From an uncultured candidatus Porisulfidus sp. (lineage in GTDB: Bacteria; Pseudomonadota; Gammaproteobacteria; Poriferisulfidales; Poriferisulfidaceae), in NCBI GenBank assembly GCA_965116025.1, contig OZ220480.1, forward strand, positions 672,001 through 736,000: a stretch of 64,000 bases of DNA. Direction: 5' to 3'. This document shows, in pieces, positions 1 to 9,502 of this stretch. Made by a program: the position numbers and the translations under genes. The notes beneath the pieces were generated by a model. It was not told the DNA's origin, did no database searches, and worked only from the letters and a program-made list of their open reading frames with translations. Position 1 is the stretch's first letter, and every line of letters begins with the position of its first letter.

Positions 1-1
1 G

Positions 2-670
2 ATCATTCAGCCTGTGGAAGAGATTTCTAGTCTATGCAGAAAGGAAGGCGCGATCCTCCATATCGATGCGGCTCAGGCGATAGGGAAGACCCCTGTTAAT
101 GTCCAGAAAGTCGCAGCTGATTTGGTCTCGCTGTCCGCCCACAAAGTTTACGGCCCCAAAGGAATTGGCGCGTTGTTCGCACGTAAGGGAATCAAAATCA
201 ATCCGATCATGCACGGTGGCGGACAGGAAAAGGGGATACGCCCCGGAACTTCTCCTGTCCCCATGATCGCGGGCATGGGCATGGCTTTCGACATTCTCCG
301 TCGGGAAGCGAGCTCGTTCAACAAGCAAGCGGCGAATTGGCACGCGAGGTTGACATCCACCATCGAAGGACTGGGCGGAAGCCAAATCAATGGAGGAAAA
401 GCGAAAAAAGTCCCTCACATCATCAACGCCAGTTTCAAGAATCTGGATGAAACGCTAATCCCATATATGAGGAAAGTCGCCATTTCGGCCGGCTCCGCCT
501 GCGCGACAAAGAGAACCACCGCATCCCATGTCCTGCGAGGCATGGGCGTGAGCCGCCGCATGGCGCTTACTTCTCTGCGGATTTCGATAGGAAGATTCAC
601 CACCGATTCGGATATAGAGATTCTTGAGCAGGACTTAATTGACGCCTTGTCCAAGCTGAGGGCTGGATAA
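2..670 (+). CDS. Cysteine desulfurase, class I (DndA/IscS-like), 5'-partial
   Basis: HIDAAQ, PLP-lysine SAHKVYGPKGIG, GGGQE, catalytic SAGSAC. RPGTSPVPMIAG and the short C-terminus resemble DndA more than housekeeping IscS. The frame is open to the window edge. Confidence 0.85.
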   Translation: MIQPVEEISSLCRKEGAILHIDAAQAIGKTPVNVQKVAADLVSLSAHKVYGPKGIGALFARKGIKINPIMHGGGQEKGIRPGTSPVPMIAGMGMAFDILRREASSFNKQAANWHARLTSTIEGLGGSQINGGKAKKVPHIINASFKNLDETLIPYMRKVAISAGSACATKRTTASHVLRGMGVSRRMALTSLRISIGRFTTDSDIEILEQDLIDALSKLRAG

Positions 671-686
671 AGATGGAGGAAGAACA

Positions 687-2504
687 ATGGGAAAAATGAC
701 CGAGTATGAATCTAGGACGATCTATGAGTGGCTGATGAAAATTCATCAGGGAAAAATAGCCTTGCCCAGCTTTCAGAGAGATTATGTATGGAAGCCAGCA
801 CAAGTCAGCGAACTGCTGAAAGCCCTATTGAAAGACCGCCCCGTTGGGGCCTTCTTGACGATGAGCTTTACGAATGCGAGACCAACTCCAGCATTTAAAC
901 CCAGATCTTTTTTTGATGTGGGCGATGAGAATCAGACTTTCGAAGGCTGTGAGGAACTGGTTTTGGACGGCCAACAGCGATTAACGTCGCTCTGGCGAGC
1001 GCTTAAAGCGGAAAGCGCTCGGCAACAATATTTTGTGAAGGTTGAGAATTGGGATTCCGATGAACTTGAAGTAGCGCGAATGGACGATCCTGTGCGACTG
1101 GAAAGAGATAAGTCGAAAGTCGTTAAAGATCACGCTCACGCGAAAGAACTGAAGCTTATTCCGATTCGCATTCTGGGAATCGATGGCGTTACTCAAGAAG
1201 ATGACGCTTTGTACAAATGGTGCGCCAGCGTATACAGCGATGACGAAGAGGGTCGAGAGCACGCCAGACAGCTGACTCGAAAAATCGATACGAGCTTCGC
1301 GCAGAAACTTCATCATCGGGGGTTGTGGTTTATACAATTGCCCGAAGGCCTGCCGCGAGAGGACGCGATAGAGATTTACATCAAGACAAACCAATCCTCA
1401 TCCATTGTAAAACCATTCGATATCGCGGTAGCCGAATACGACCGCCAGAAAGAGGACTCTTTGCGGAATGAAATTCTTGGGTGGGTCGAACAAACGCCCG
1501 AAGCCAAGCGACTATTCAATTCAGATCCTGAAAAAGTGGTCCCCGATGTGGGTGAATTGATTCTGAAAATCGCATGTCTGCAAAAGAAAAAAGTCCCGAC
1601 TGAGAAAAGCTACATGTCTTCCGCAGTTATTGAATATTTGCAACGGGAAAACGCCGGTCTCAAAAAAATACTGGATGGACTGGATTGGGCTTTCCGGTTG
1701 CTTGAGGAAATTAACATTTTCTATCGGACATATCTCCCCAGCACTGTTCCTCTGCAAGTCGTTCCAGCACTGCATCCCGAATTCGAAAAAATCAAAGACC
1801 CGGACCGTAGAGGTTTAGCGAGAAATTTCTTGTTCGCATATATTTGGCGATCATTCTTGGGGGACCGCTACACTCGGGAAGTGAATACCAAGCTGAAAGA
1901 AGATTATGGTGGTTTGGTCGAGTTGTTGTCACATATTTCAGAACATGGGCAGGATGGTGTTCAGAACAAAACATCAGGCGTTCCCGTGTTTTTAGAAGAG
2001 GTGACATTTCCCGATTTGAGAGTTTTGTCCCGCGTCAAAGATCCTATCAAGTCACCGACTACGAAGAACATGATCGCCAGATCTCTCCTGATCGTCAGCA
2101 CGCAGGGAGGAGCGCGCGATTTCGCTAGTGGTGAGGCGATCACCAAATTGGATATCGAGAAAAGAGAGCGACACCACATCTTTCCCCGCAACTTCCTGCA
2201 AAAGAACGGTATTGAAAATCCACTGAGGAATCATGCCTTGAATTTCTGCCTTATCACGGGCCCCGCCAACAAAAAGTTTTCTAATAAAACACCTCTTAAA
2301 CAAATAACGGAGCGCTTTCTTGAAAACAGGCACTTGACCGAAGCGGCGCTGAAGCAAAGAATCGCTTCGCACTTAATTCCCTATGAGGCCATTAAAGATG
2401 TTGGTGAAAAAAACGTAAAGGCGACATATCGCTATTTCATTAAGGAGAGAGCAAAAATGTTCATCGAAAAAATACAAGTATTGACCAAGGTGCCTTTTCA
2501 ATGA
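687..2504 (+). CDS. DUF262 + C-terminal HNH (DUF1524-like) protein, GmrSD/SspE-like nuclease
   Basis: LPSFQRDYVW, LDGQQRLTSL and IYIKTN (DUF262 motifs); C-terminal ERHHIFP...LNFCLI...NKKFSNK HNH-like motif; low GC. Confidence 0.85.
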   Translation: MGKMTEYESRTIYEWLMKIHQGKIALPSFQRDYVWKPAQVSELLKALLKDRPVGAFLTMSFTNARPTPAFKPRSFFDVGDENQTFEGCEELVLDGQQRLTSLWRALKAESARQQYFVKVENWDSDELEVARMDDPVRLERDKSKVVKDHAHAKELKLIPIRILGIDGVTQEDDALYKWCASVYSDDEEGREHARQLTRKIDTSFAQKLHHRGLWFIQLPEGLPREDAIEIYIKTNQSSSIVKPFDIAVAEYDRQKEDSLRNEILGWVEQTPEAKRLFNSDPEKVVPDVGELILKIACLQKKKVPTEKSYMSSAVIEYLQRENAGLKKILDGLDWAFRLLEEINIFYRTYLPSTVPLQVVPALHPEFEKIKDPDRRGLARNFLFAYIWRSFLGDRYTREVNTKLKEDYGGLVELLSHISEHGQDGVQNKTSGVPVFLEEVTFPDLRVLSRVKDPIKSPTTKNMIARSLLIVSTQGGARDFASGEAITKLDIEKRERHHIFPRNFLQKNGIENPLRNHALNFCLITGPANKKFSNKTPLKQITERFLENRHLTEAALKQRIASHLIPYEAIKDVGEKNVKATYRYFIKERAKMFIEKIQVLTKVPFQ

Positions 2505-2578
2505 TTCCAGCACACCCAATTTCACTTTCCGCCGATGTCCGCTTGAATATGCGACAATGCCCATAGAGAGCGGAAGGC

Positions 2579-3556
2579 ATGCCTTTGAACGTAGAGAAGT
2601 ACGCGAAAAAGTTCCGGGCATTGCGCGTGCACAAACAAGGAGAGACGATCTCTCCGCACAAACCCTGCATGTTGCTGGCGGTAGTCGATGTTGCGGAAAG
2701 AGGCGACCTGGCTAAGAACGAAATCCGTGTCCATGACGCTCCCGCCTTGGCGGACATGACGTTGATAGACAGCTTCCGCAGGTACATGAAGGCGGCGAAG
2801 CCTGAGAGCCCGGCAAAGATAGCGAACCCCCTGCTCAGGCTGAAATCAGAAGGCTTCTGGCATCTATCGCCAAGGCACGGGGGCGCTACCGGTTTTGACA
2901 AGCTTCCTCGAAACGGCGGGGATGACTATAGGTATCTTCGTGACAACGTCGAGTTCATCCATCTCGACCGCGACCTCCACGAACTGCTTATGGACGAAGG
3001 CACCCGGTCAACAATCCGGGAATGCCTGATAGATCACTGGTTCCCTGAGTGCCGAGAGGAAATGTATGCCGCGGTCGTCGCGGGACGGGAACAATTCGAG
3101 TACGAGCAACAACTAGAAGACCCTTCCTCGCCCCTAACCCAAGAGCCACAAAAAGAAATCCGAAAACCTGTTTTCCGGCGCAGGGTGCTCCACGCTTATG
3201 GCTATAGTTGCGCCGCGACTGGCCTCCGCTTCTTGGAACTGGATGTCTTTCCCAGCCTTCTGGATGCCGCGCATATCCGACCATTCGCTGATTCCCATGA
3301 TGATCGAACGGTAAATGGGATAGCCCTTCAACCAACGTATCACCGAGCGATGGATCAGTTTTTGATCGCCCCCGGCCCGGACCTGAAATGGCACGTGTCC
3401 AATTCACTTGATGACCGCATCAATGGCCATCAGGAGCTAAAGAAGATAGATGGGGAAAGCCTCATAGCCCCGGTAGAGAAAAGAGACCTCCCGGACAAAC
3501 ATGCTCTGCAGTGGCGTCTTGAGCGATTGCACGAGATGGATCGACAGCGCAGATAA
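2579..3556 (+). CDS. SBD-HNH endonuclease (phosphorothioate-binding type IV restriction enzyme family)
   Basis: N-terminal SPHKPCMLLA and NPLLRLKSEGFWHL resemble the sulfur-binding domain; C-terminal FRRRVLHAY..CAATG..LDAAHIRP..NGIAL..HRAMD HNH domain. Confidence 0.75.
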   Translation: MPLNVEKYAKKFRALRVHKQGETISPHKPCMLLAVVDVAERGDLAKNEIRVHDAPALADMTLIDSFRRYMKAAKPESPAKIANPLLRLKSEGFWHLSPRHGGATGFDKLPRNGGDDYRYLRDNVEFIHLDRDLHELLMDEGTRSTIRECLIDHWFPECREEMYAAVVAGREQFEYEQQLEDPSSPLTQEPQKEIRKPVFRRRVLHAYGYSCAATGLRFLELDVFPSLLDAAHIRPFADSHDDRTVNGIALQPTYHRAMDQFLIAPGPDLKWHVSNSLDDRINGHQELKKIDGESLIAPVEKRDLPDKHALQWRLERLHEMDRQRR

Positions 3557-3559
3557 CGC

Positions 3560-3890
3560 TCTCCGCATCCCCTTGATTTTCATCGCCAAGGGTCGGGCAT
3601 GTGGAAGTCACGGGCGCAGAAGGTTGGAGAGCGCTATGCCCGCACCACCGAAGCACGGCAGGAAAACCTTCCGGGTCAGCGAACATGACCTGCGGGCGCG
3701 CCCGACCTTCCACTGGACCCCGCGGCGCCTGCAGCGTCGCGTGGAGCTGCAGCAAGGCGATCGGGTCTCGCCGGAGCGGGTCCACCACGCCCTGACGCAT
3801 GTCCAGCACAGCGTGCTGGAGCACAAGGACACCAAGGCTCCATTACCCCGATCAACAGGGCGAAGATTGATGGCGCCCGCTGACGGGTAA
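3560..3890 (+). mobile_element. Degenerate IS1634-family transposase relic
   Basis: KTFRVSEHDLRARPTFHWTPRR...SPERVHHALTHVQHSVL resembles the IS1634 transposase C-terminus with an internal segment missing; no N-terminus; boundaries approximate. Confidence 0.6.
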
Positions 3891-3904
3891 CGGTGTGAGC
3901 GTGA

Positions 3905-4894
3905 TCAGAATTTACCGTCACGCACCGTGTTTCCTCCTCGGAACGTCTTGATGATCCTGGGCTGAACCGGATCGTTATCGGGCAGCGGTCCTTTGCCTTT
4001 CTGAATCATTTTCGCGCCCACGCTGGTCAGCTCGCTGAGAGTGGCGGTGCCGGCCAGGGTCTTCTTGTCTGAGTAGAAATCAAACCAAGGAAATCCAGCA
4101 TCGGTATAGTCTTTGGCGGACGGAGGCTTGTGCGGTGGCTGATGTTCTGTGATCTCCTGATACAGGGCACTGTTGGCCAGATGCACAAAGCAACGAAAAC
4201 CGTTCTGTTGATCCCAGGCTTCCATGCCGTATTCATCCTCGTAGATTTCCTGCCGCATCAGGCCGCCGGGGGCAAGACCCATGTCAAGGTCTGGTACTGC
4301 GCACCCATCATCTGCCACACTGCACATGGCGACATGCTGTTTTTTAAAGTGCTCAACGTGCTTGGCATAGAAATCGCGCTTCATCGGGTAGGCGATGATC
4401 TGAAGGCCCCCATGCTCGGCCTCACCGGTGATCTGCTCTTCCGCCGTGAAACCTTCGCCCAGGGGCATGGCCACGAATTGGCGAATGTGCCCCCCGGAGA
4501 CGTTGAAGCCATCCAGCCACGGCTGTTCCGGGATGACCACGTAGTCTTGCGGGTCAGCCGACAGGCCGTTGGTCCATTCCTTGCCGGATATGGCATCAAT
4601 TTTGCCGGCAGCGATCTTGATGGCGCAGGGATAGTCGCCTGAAAAACTGATCCATAGGGCTTCGGATTGATACATCGGGATGAATACTCCACCATGACGG
4701 CGCCAGGCTTCGGGCAGCTTCTCCGCAAAGTCGTCTACATGCTCTATCGGGAAACGTCCCAGCCCGGGGGGAAGGGAATATTCCCGGTTGTCGTCCGGAA
4801 TCCGCAGGGTGCGTTGAAAATCAATGTCGCAAACCGCTTCCTCGTGGACTTCCGGAAACCGGAAGGTGAGTTGGTTGTCCAGTAGTTCAATCAT
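3905..4894 (-). CDS. Conserved uncharacterised protein (FQRTLRIPD / QPWLDG / QFVAMPLG family)
   Basis: 329-aa ORF with GGAG RBS; blocks FQRTLRIPDD, LPPGLGRFP, PMYQSEALW, QPWLDG, QFVAMPLG, GGLQI, MGLAPGG, PWFDFY. Confidence 0.85.
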   Translation of the reverse strand: MIELLDNQLTFRFPEVHEEAVCDIDFQRTLRIPDDNREYSLPPGLGRFPIEHVDDFAEKLPEAWRRHGGVFIPMYQSEALWISFSGDYPCAIKIAAGKIDAISGKEWTNGLSADPQDYVVIPEQPWLDGFNVSGGHIRQFVAMPLGEGFTAEEQITGEAEHGGLQIIAYPMKRDFYAKHVEHFKKQHVAMCSVADDGCAVPDLDMGLAPGGLMRQEIYEDEYGMEAWDQQNGFRCFVHLANSALYQEITEHQPPHKPPSAKDYTDAGFPWFDFYSDKKTLAGTATLSELTSVGAKMIQKGKGPLPDNDPVQPRIIKTFRGGNTVRDGKF

Positions 4895-4911
4895 GGTTTT
4901 TCTCCTTTGGG

Positions 4912-5262
4912 TTACCAGTCTCCGTCACGTACATCCCGGGCAATACGCAGGATTGCCTGATCCGGCATGGACTTGAGTTCTCGGATCAGATCCGCGAACA
5001 GCTGGGGCCGTTTGCGGATGATCTCCAGCAGGTCCGAAGACACTTTACCTGCCATGGCCAGAAGAATATCGGGGTCTTCGCCCAACTCTTCCGCCAGTCC
5101 TCGAATTTTCGCTTCTGAAGGTGGCGCCACATCCCCACGCTCAATCTTGCTCAGGTAAGCCGGTTCCACCCCGATTCGTCGGGCCACCTGACGGACCGAG
5201 AAGCGCCGGTCCTCCGCCTTCAACGCTTCGCGCCGCCCGCGAATGTGATTTCCGAATGTCAT
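4912..5262 (-). CDS. XRE-family helix-turn-helix regulator
   Basis: FGNHIR..R....SVRQVARRIGVEPAYLSKIERG HTH_3 pattern; 17 bp upstream of the 329-aa gene. Confidence 0.9.
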   Translation of the reverse strand: MTFGNHIRGRREALKAEDRRFSVRQVARRIGVEPAYLSKIERGDVAPPSEAKIRGLAEELGEDPDILLAMAGKVSSDLLEIIRKRPQLFADLIRELKSMPDQAILRIARDVRDGDW

Positions 5263-5265
5263 GTG

Positions 5266-5297
5266 TACTATATAGTATACGATATGGATAAAGTCAA
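5266..5297 (-). promoter_or_regulatory. Putative sigma70 promoter with palindromic operator for the XRE operon
   Basis: Minus-strand TTGACT (5292-5297), 17 bp spacer, TATATA (5269-5274); perfect palindrome TACTATATAGTA at 5266-5277 next to the ATG. Confidence 0.55.
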
Positions 5298-5304
5298 GTC
5301 CATC

Positions 5305-6270
5305 CAGTCGTGAACTATTCGCCCCCGGTCATGCGGAGCGGAAGAAAAATCGCCTCAAGAAGACGAGGATTTCCGGAGTTTTCTCCAAGTGCGGGAAAAC
5401 CCAGCCAGAAGCTTGGCGAAGTTGTGCCCGGCCGCCGCCAGAACCGCGTTGGCGCGATCGCCGGAGCGTCCTTTCAGCCGATTTCGATGCGTCCGATGAT
5501 CCGACTTCAGATGGCCGATGGTCGGCTCGAGCGCCACGCGCTTCATCTGCCCGCGCGCCCGTACCGCCCGCATAGGATCAGCGCCTTCTTCCCGACGCGC
5601 TGGTAGCTCTGCCGCAGAGCCACGCCGCGCTTCCGCGCCTCTCGAACCAGCGCCACCCGCACCTTGTGATACAGCCGCGCGTCGGTCGGGAACGCCACCG
5701 CCTTCTCCCGCGCCGTCGTGTCCACGTTCACCCGCTCCAGCTCACGCGAGCCCAGGAACCCCTCCCGCCGCGCCACCCGGATCGTCCGCGTCAGCAAGCA
5801 GTCTAGGCGATCCCCCACCCGTTCCCGCCAGCGCGTCATGCCGCTTGAATGCAGCGGAGCCTGGATCTGCATGCGCTCATAACCGCAGAACGCCTGCCAG
5901 TAGGGGTTCTCCCGCCAGATCCGAACCACCCGCTCGTCGCTCATGTCATGCGCGTACTTCAGAAAATGAAGACCTGCCATCAGCCGGGCCGGCAAGGGCG
6001 GCTGCCCCGGCCCGGAAGCATGCGGGCCGCCGAGCTCCTCCTCCATCTCCTCCCAGTCGATCTTCTCGCCCAGCAACAGCAGGGAATTCTTCGGATCCAG
6101 CATATGAGACAGGCGGGCGCGGACCAGGTCGGCGTGAGTATCGGGCTTTTTCGGTTTCATGTTTCGCAAGGAATCGGTGCTCAAGCGTGGGAAAGCTTGC
6201 GAAACGGCATAGCCAAAAACGGATTCTATGTCAGCGATTCAAGCAGTTACGAATACTTCATCAACGGCTG
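5305..6270 (-). mobile_element. IS5-family element relic with internally deleted transposase
   Basis: N-part GQPPLPARLMAGLHFLK..SDERVV..W.ENPYWQAFCG..VDTT (5543-6184) joined out of frame to C-part EPTIGHLKSDHR..RNRLKG..GD..NAVLAAAGHNF (5355-5573); imperfect inverted ends cagtcgtgaactattcg / cgaatacttcatcaacggctg. Confidence 0.8.
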
Positions 6271-6322
6271 AATAACGTCTCCATATTCGCTTGGGTTTTC
6301 ACCCGGAGCGCGCGATAGATTG

Positions 6323-6350
6323 AAAAAACGCCCGGCCGGAGCCGGGCGTT
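6323..6350 (-). terminator. Rho-independent terminator of the DUF1097 gene
   Basis: Stem aacgcccggc / gccgggcgtt with 4-nt loop, followed by a T-run on the minus strand. Confidence 0.8.
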
Positions 6351-6381
6351 CAGTGGGGTTAGGTTTTCTGGTTCGCTCAGA

Positions 6382-6903
6382 TCACTCCGACGTCAGCATC
6401 TCGCCGACCTTGCCGGAGATCATTCCGAAAACGGCGCCGACGACTATGGAAATCGCGACGACGATCAAGGCGTTGGAGGCGCTGGCGGAGCCCAGGGCCT
6501 CCATGGAGAACGCCCCCTCGGTCTGCAGCGCGTAGCCCGCGACGCTCGCGTAGCCGAGCACGCTCGCTGGAATCGAGGAGAAGTATTCCACATGGGCCAG
6601 CAGGCACATGACCAGAACGGTCACGGCCACGACGAGGCCCGCCCAGATCGGGACTCCGAGCATGTCGCCCAGCGGGACCGCCAGAATCACGAGCAACGCC
6701 ACCCAGGCGATCACCGCGCCGAGGATGCCGCAGACGATCGTGTTCTGCAACGCCTTTTGGTCTCCCCCGATGGCGAAGTAGCAGGCCCAGGCGATGAACG
6801 CCACCCAGATGAAGACGATTCCCGACAGCGGGCCCAAGCTGAGAGCCGTGGCGACGCCACCCAAAACGCCTATGCTGATTGATAATGCGATGAGACTTGA
6901 CAT
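6382..6903 (-). CDS. DUF1097-family membrane protein
   Basis: Hydrophobic; WVAFIAWACYFA, IPASVLGYA, GAVFGMIS motifs; ATG at 6903 preceded by AGGAGG. Confidence 0.8.
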   Translation of the reverse strand: MSSLIALSISIGVLGGVATALSLGPLSGIVFIWVAFIAWACYFAIGGDQKALQNTIVCGILGAVIAWVALLVILAVPLGDMLGVPIWAGLVVAVTVLVMCLLAHVEYFSSIPASVLGYASVAGYALQTEGAFSMEALGSASASNALIVVAISIVVGAVFGMISGKVGEMLTSE

Positions 6904-7027
6904 GGTAAACCTCCTGTCCGTTGACCTCGCGGCCAATGTGATCGATACCTAGCATTATATATGACAGGATCGCCCTCGTCTATCTCTTTAGAAATACCTT
7001 GCCGGAGCGCTCTAGAGCGCGCTGGAT

Positions 7028-7055
7028 TTGACATTGCCGGAGGTTCGCTTATGAT
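7028..7055 (+). promoter_or_regulatory. Sigma70 promoter of rpmH operon
   Basis: TTGACA, 16 bp spacer, TATGAT, 24 bp before the rpmH ATG. Confidence 0.65.
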
Positions 7056-7079
7056 TCGCGCCCGATTACCGTTCCGGCC

Positions 7080-7214
7080 ATGAAAAGAACCTTCCAGCCC
7101 AACAATCTCCGCCGCAACCGGACGCACGGATTCCGCGCCCGCATGCGGACTCGCGCCGGACGCGCCATCCTCAACGCCCGGCGCCGCCGCGGCCGTGCGC
7201 GACTCATCCCCTGA
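7080..7214 (+). CDS. rpmH: 50S ribosomal protein L34 (not in the ORF track)
   Basis: Manual translation [44 protein letters not shown]. Confidence 0.98.
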   Translation: MKRTFQPNNLRRNRTHGFRARMRTRAGRAILNARRRRGRARLIP

Positions 7215-7575
7215 GCCGGAACAAGCCCCCGGGCGATTCACCTTCCCGCGCAGCCACCGGCTGGTCGATTCGCGTCAGTTTCAGAATGTCTACCGGCACC
7301 GAAAGGCGAGGCGCGCTCGCGGGCGCGTCGTGGCATGCGTGTGGGCGCCGAACGAACGGCGGGAGGCCCGGCTGGGCCTGGCCGTCTCGAAGCGCGCCCT
7401 GCGCCACAGTTCCGCGCGCAACGCGTTCAAGCGCCTGGTCCGGGAGCACTTCCGCCTTCATCCCCTGTCCGGCATGGACGTGATCGTGAGTTGCCGCCGC
7501 GACGCTCAGTCCCCGCTCGACCGGCAGGCGATTCGTCTCGACCTGGCAAGCCTCTGGAACAGGATCGCGCCGTGA
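7195..7575 (+). CDS. rnpA: Ribonuclease P protein component
   Basis: [30 protein letters not shown]; synteny; start uncertain. Confidence 0.93.
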   Translation: MRDSSPEPEQAPGRFTFPRSHRLVDSRQFQNVYRHRKARRARGRVVACVWAPNERREARLGLAVSKRALRHSSARNAFKRLVREHFRLHPLSGMDVIVSCRRDAQSPLDRQAIRLDLASLWNRIAP

Positions 7576-7802
7576 GCCGCCTCCTCATTGGCCTGTTGCG
7601 CGCCTACCAATACGTTCTGAGTCCATTTCTGGGGCAGCACTGCCGGTTCACCCCGACCTGCTCGCAGTACGCCATCGAGGCCGTGCGCGCGCACGGAGCT
7701 TGGCGCGGATGCCTGCTCGCCACGCGGCGCCTTTCGCGTTGCCACCCTTGGCATCCGGGCGGAATTGACCCGGTGCCCGAACGGAGGCGCTCGGATGGGT
7801 GA
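7572..7802 (+). CDS. yidD: Membrane protein insertion efficiency factor YidD
   Basis: [32 protein letters not shown]; GTG start overlapping the rnpA stop. Confidence 0.95.
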   Translation: MSRLLIGLLRAYQYVLSPFLGQHCRFTPTCSQYAIEAVRAHGAWRGCLLATRRLSRCHPWHPGGIDPVPERRRSDG

Positions 7803-9489
7803 TTCCAGACTGTTCCTGTACGGCGCCTTGGCCATCATGCTGTTTCTCGTCTGGCAGACTTGGGAACTGGAGAAAGCGCCGCCCGCCGCGCCGGAGCGAG
7901 GCCTGACGGGGGAGCCGGCGCCAGCGGAGGACATGCCGGACGTCCCGGGGACGCGAACGGACGACATGCCCGAGGCCCGCTCCGCCGAGCCCGCCGCCGA
8001 TCTTCCGGAAGGAACCCCACCCGCTGAGCGCGCCAACTGGGTGCGCGTCCGCACGGACGCGCTCGACCTGCGGATCGACACCGTGGGTGGAAGCGTGGTG
8101 CAGGCGGACCTACCGCATTATCCGGTCTCGCTGGAGCGCCCGGACCTCCCGACGCGGCTCTTGTACGTCGCGAACGAGAAGTATGTGGCGCAGAGCGGGC
8201 TAACGCACGACGTGATTGACGGGGAGGACCTCGGCCGCCGCGCGCCCAGCCACCACGCGCCTTACCAAGCCGAGCGACTAGAGTACGATTTTTCCGAATC
8301 CGCTGAGCCCCGGACCGTGACTCTGCGCTGGGACGGCCCGGACGGGGTCCAAACGCTCAAGAGCTTCCGCTTCACTCCCGGGAGCTATCTGATCGAGGTC
8401 ACGCACGAGGTGCGCAACCGGGGAACGGAGGAGTGGATCGGGCGGCAATACCGCCAGTTGCGCCGCAGCGCCGGACGCATGCCTGACCGGACCTCGCTCC
8501 TGTTCGGCAACACCGAGGCCATCTCCTTCATCGGCGCGGCCTACCACGATTCCCAGACCTACCACAAGCTGTCGTTCGAGGACCTGTCCGAAGAGCCGTT
8601 CAGCGCGAGCCTGCAGGATGGCTGGATCGCCATGCTGCAGCATTATTTCGTGTCGGCCTGGGTCCCCGCGCGCGGGGACGTCGAGCGGTACTACACCCGG
8701 GTCGTGCGCGGGGGACGCTATCCGGAATACATCATCGGCATGCACTCGCCCGCTCAAAGCGTCGCGCCGGGGGAGAGCGCGCGCTTCTCCTCGCGGCTCT
8801 ACGTCGGGCCGAAGGAGCAAAACAGACTTGAGGAGATCGCCGAAGGACTGGACTTGACGGTGGACTATGGCATCCTGACGATACTGTCCAAGCCGCTGTT
8901 CTGGGTTCTGGACCATATCTACTGGCTAACCGGCAACTGGGGCTGGTCGATCGTGCTCCTGACGGTCCTGATCAAGTTGCTGTTCTACAAGCTGTCCGAG
9001 ACCAGCTATCGATCCATGGCGAAGATGCGGAAGTTCGCGCCGCGGATCCAGAAGTTGCGCGAGCGCCACGGCGGCGACCGAGCGAAGATGAACGAGGCGA
9101 TGATGAAAATGTATCGGGAAGAGAAGGTCAACCCCTTAGGCGGTTGCTGGCCGATCCTCGTGCAGGTTCCGGTCTTCATCGCCCTGTACTGGGTGCTGCT
9201 GGAAAGCGTGGAATTGCGTCAGGCGCCGTTCGTGGCCTGGATTCAGGACCTGTCGGTGCGCGATCCGTACTATGTCCTTCCGTTGCTCATGGGAGCCAGC
9301 ATGGTCGTGCAGACCAAGCTCAACCCGACCCCGCCCGATCCGTTCCAGGCCAAACTGATGATGGCGTTGCCGATCGTGTTCACCGTGTTCTTCCTGTTCT
9401 TCCCGGCCGGCCTGGTCCTGTACTGGCTAACCAACAACATCCTCTCGATCGCTCAGCAGTGGTTCATCATCCGGCGAATGGACGCGTAG
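7795..9489 (+). CDS. yidC: Membrane protein insertase YidC
   Basis: [39 protein letters not shown]. Confidence 0.97.
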   Translation: MGDSRLFLYGALAIMLFLVWQTWELEKAPPAAPERGLTGEPAPAEDMPDVPGTRTDDMPEARSAEPAADLPEGTPPAERANWVRVRTDALDLRIDTVGGSVVQADLPHYPVSLERPDLPTRLLYVANEKYVAQSGLTHDVIDGEDLGRRAPSHHAPYQAERLEYDFSESAEPRTVTLRWDGPDGVQTLKSFRFTPGSYLIEVTHEVRNRGTEEWIGRQYRQLRRSAGRMPDRTSLLFGNTEAISFIGAAYHDSQTYHKLSFEDLSEEPFSASLQDGWIAMLQHYFVSAWVPARGDVERYYTRVVRGGRYPEYIIGMHSPAQSVAPGESARFSSRLYVGPKEQNRLEEIAEGLDLTVDYGILTILSKPLFWVLDHIYWLTGNWGWSIVLLTVLIKLLFYKLSETSYRSMAKMRKFAPRIQKLRERHGGDRAKMNEAMMKMYREEKVNPLGGCWPILVQVPVFIALYWVLLESVELRQAPFVAWIQDLSVRDPYYVLPLLMGASMVVQTKLNPTPPDPFQAKLMMALPIVFTVFFLFFPAGLVLYWLTNNILSIAQQWFIIRRMDA

Positions 9490-9502
9490 CGCGGCCACCG
9501 GC

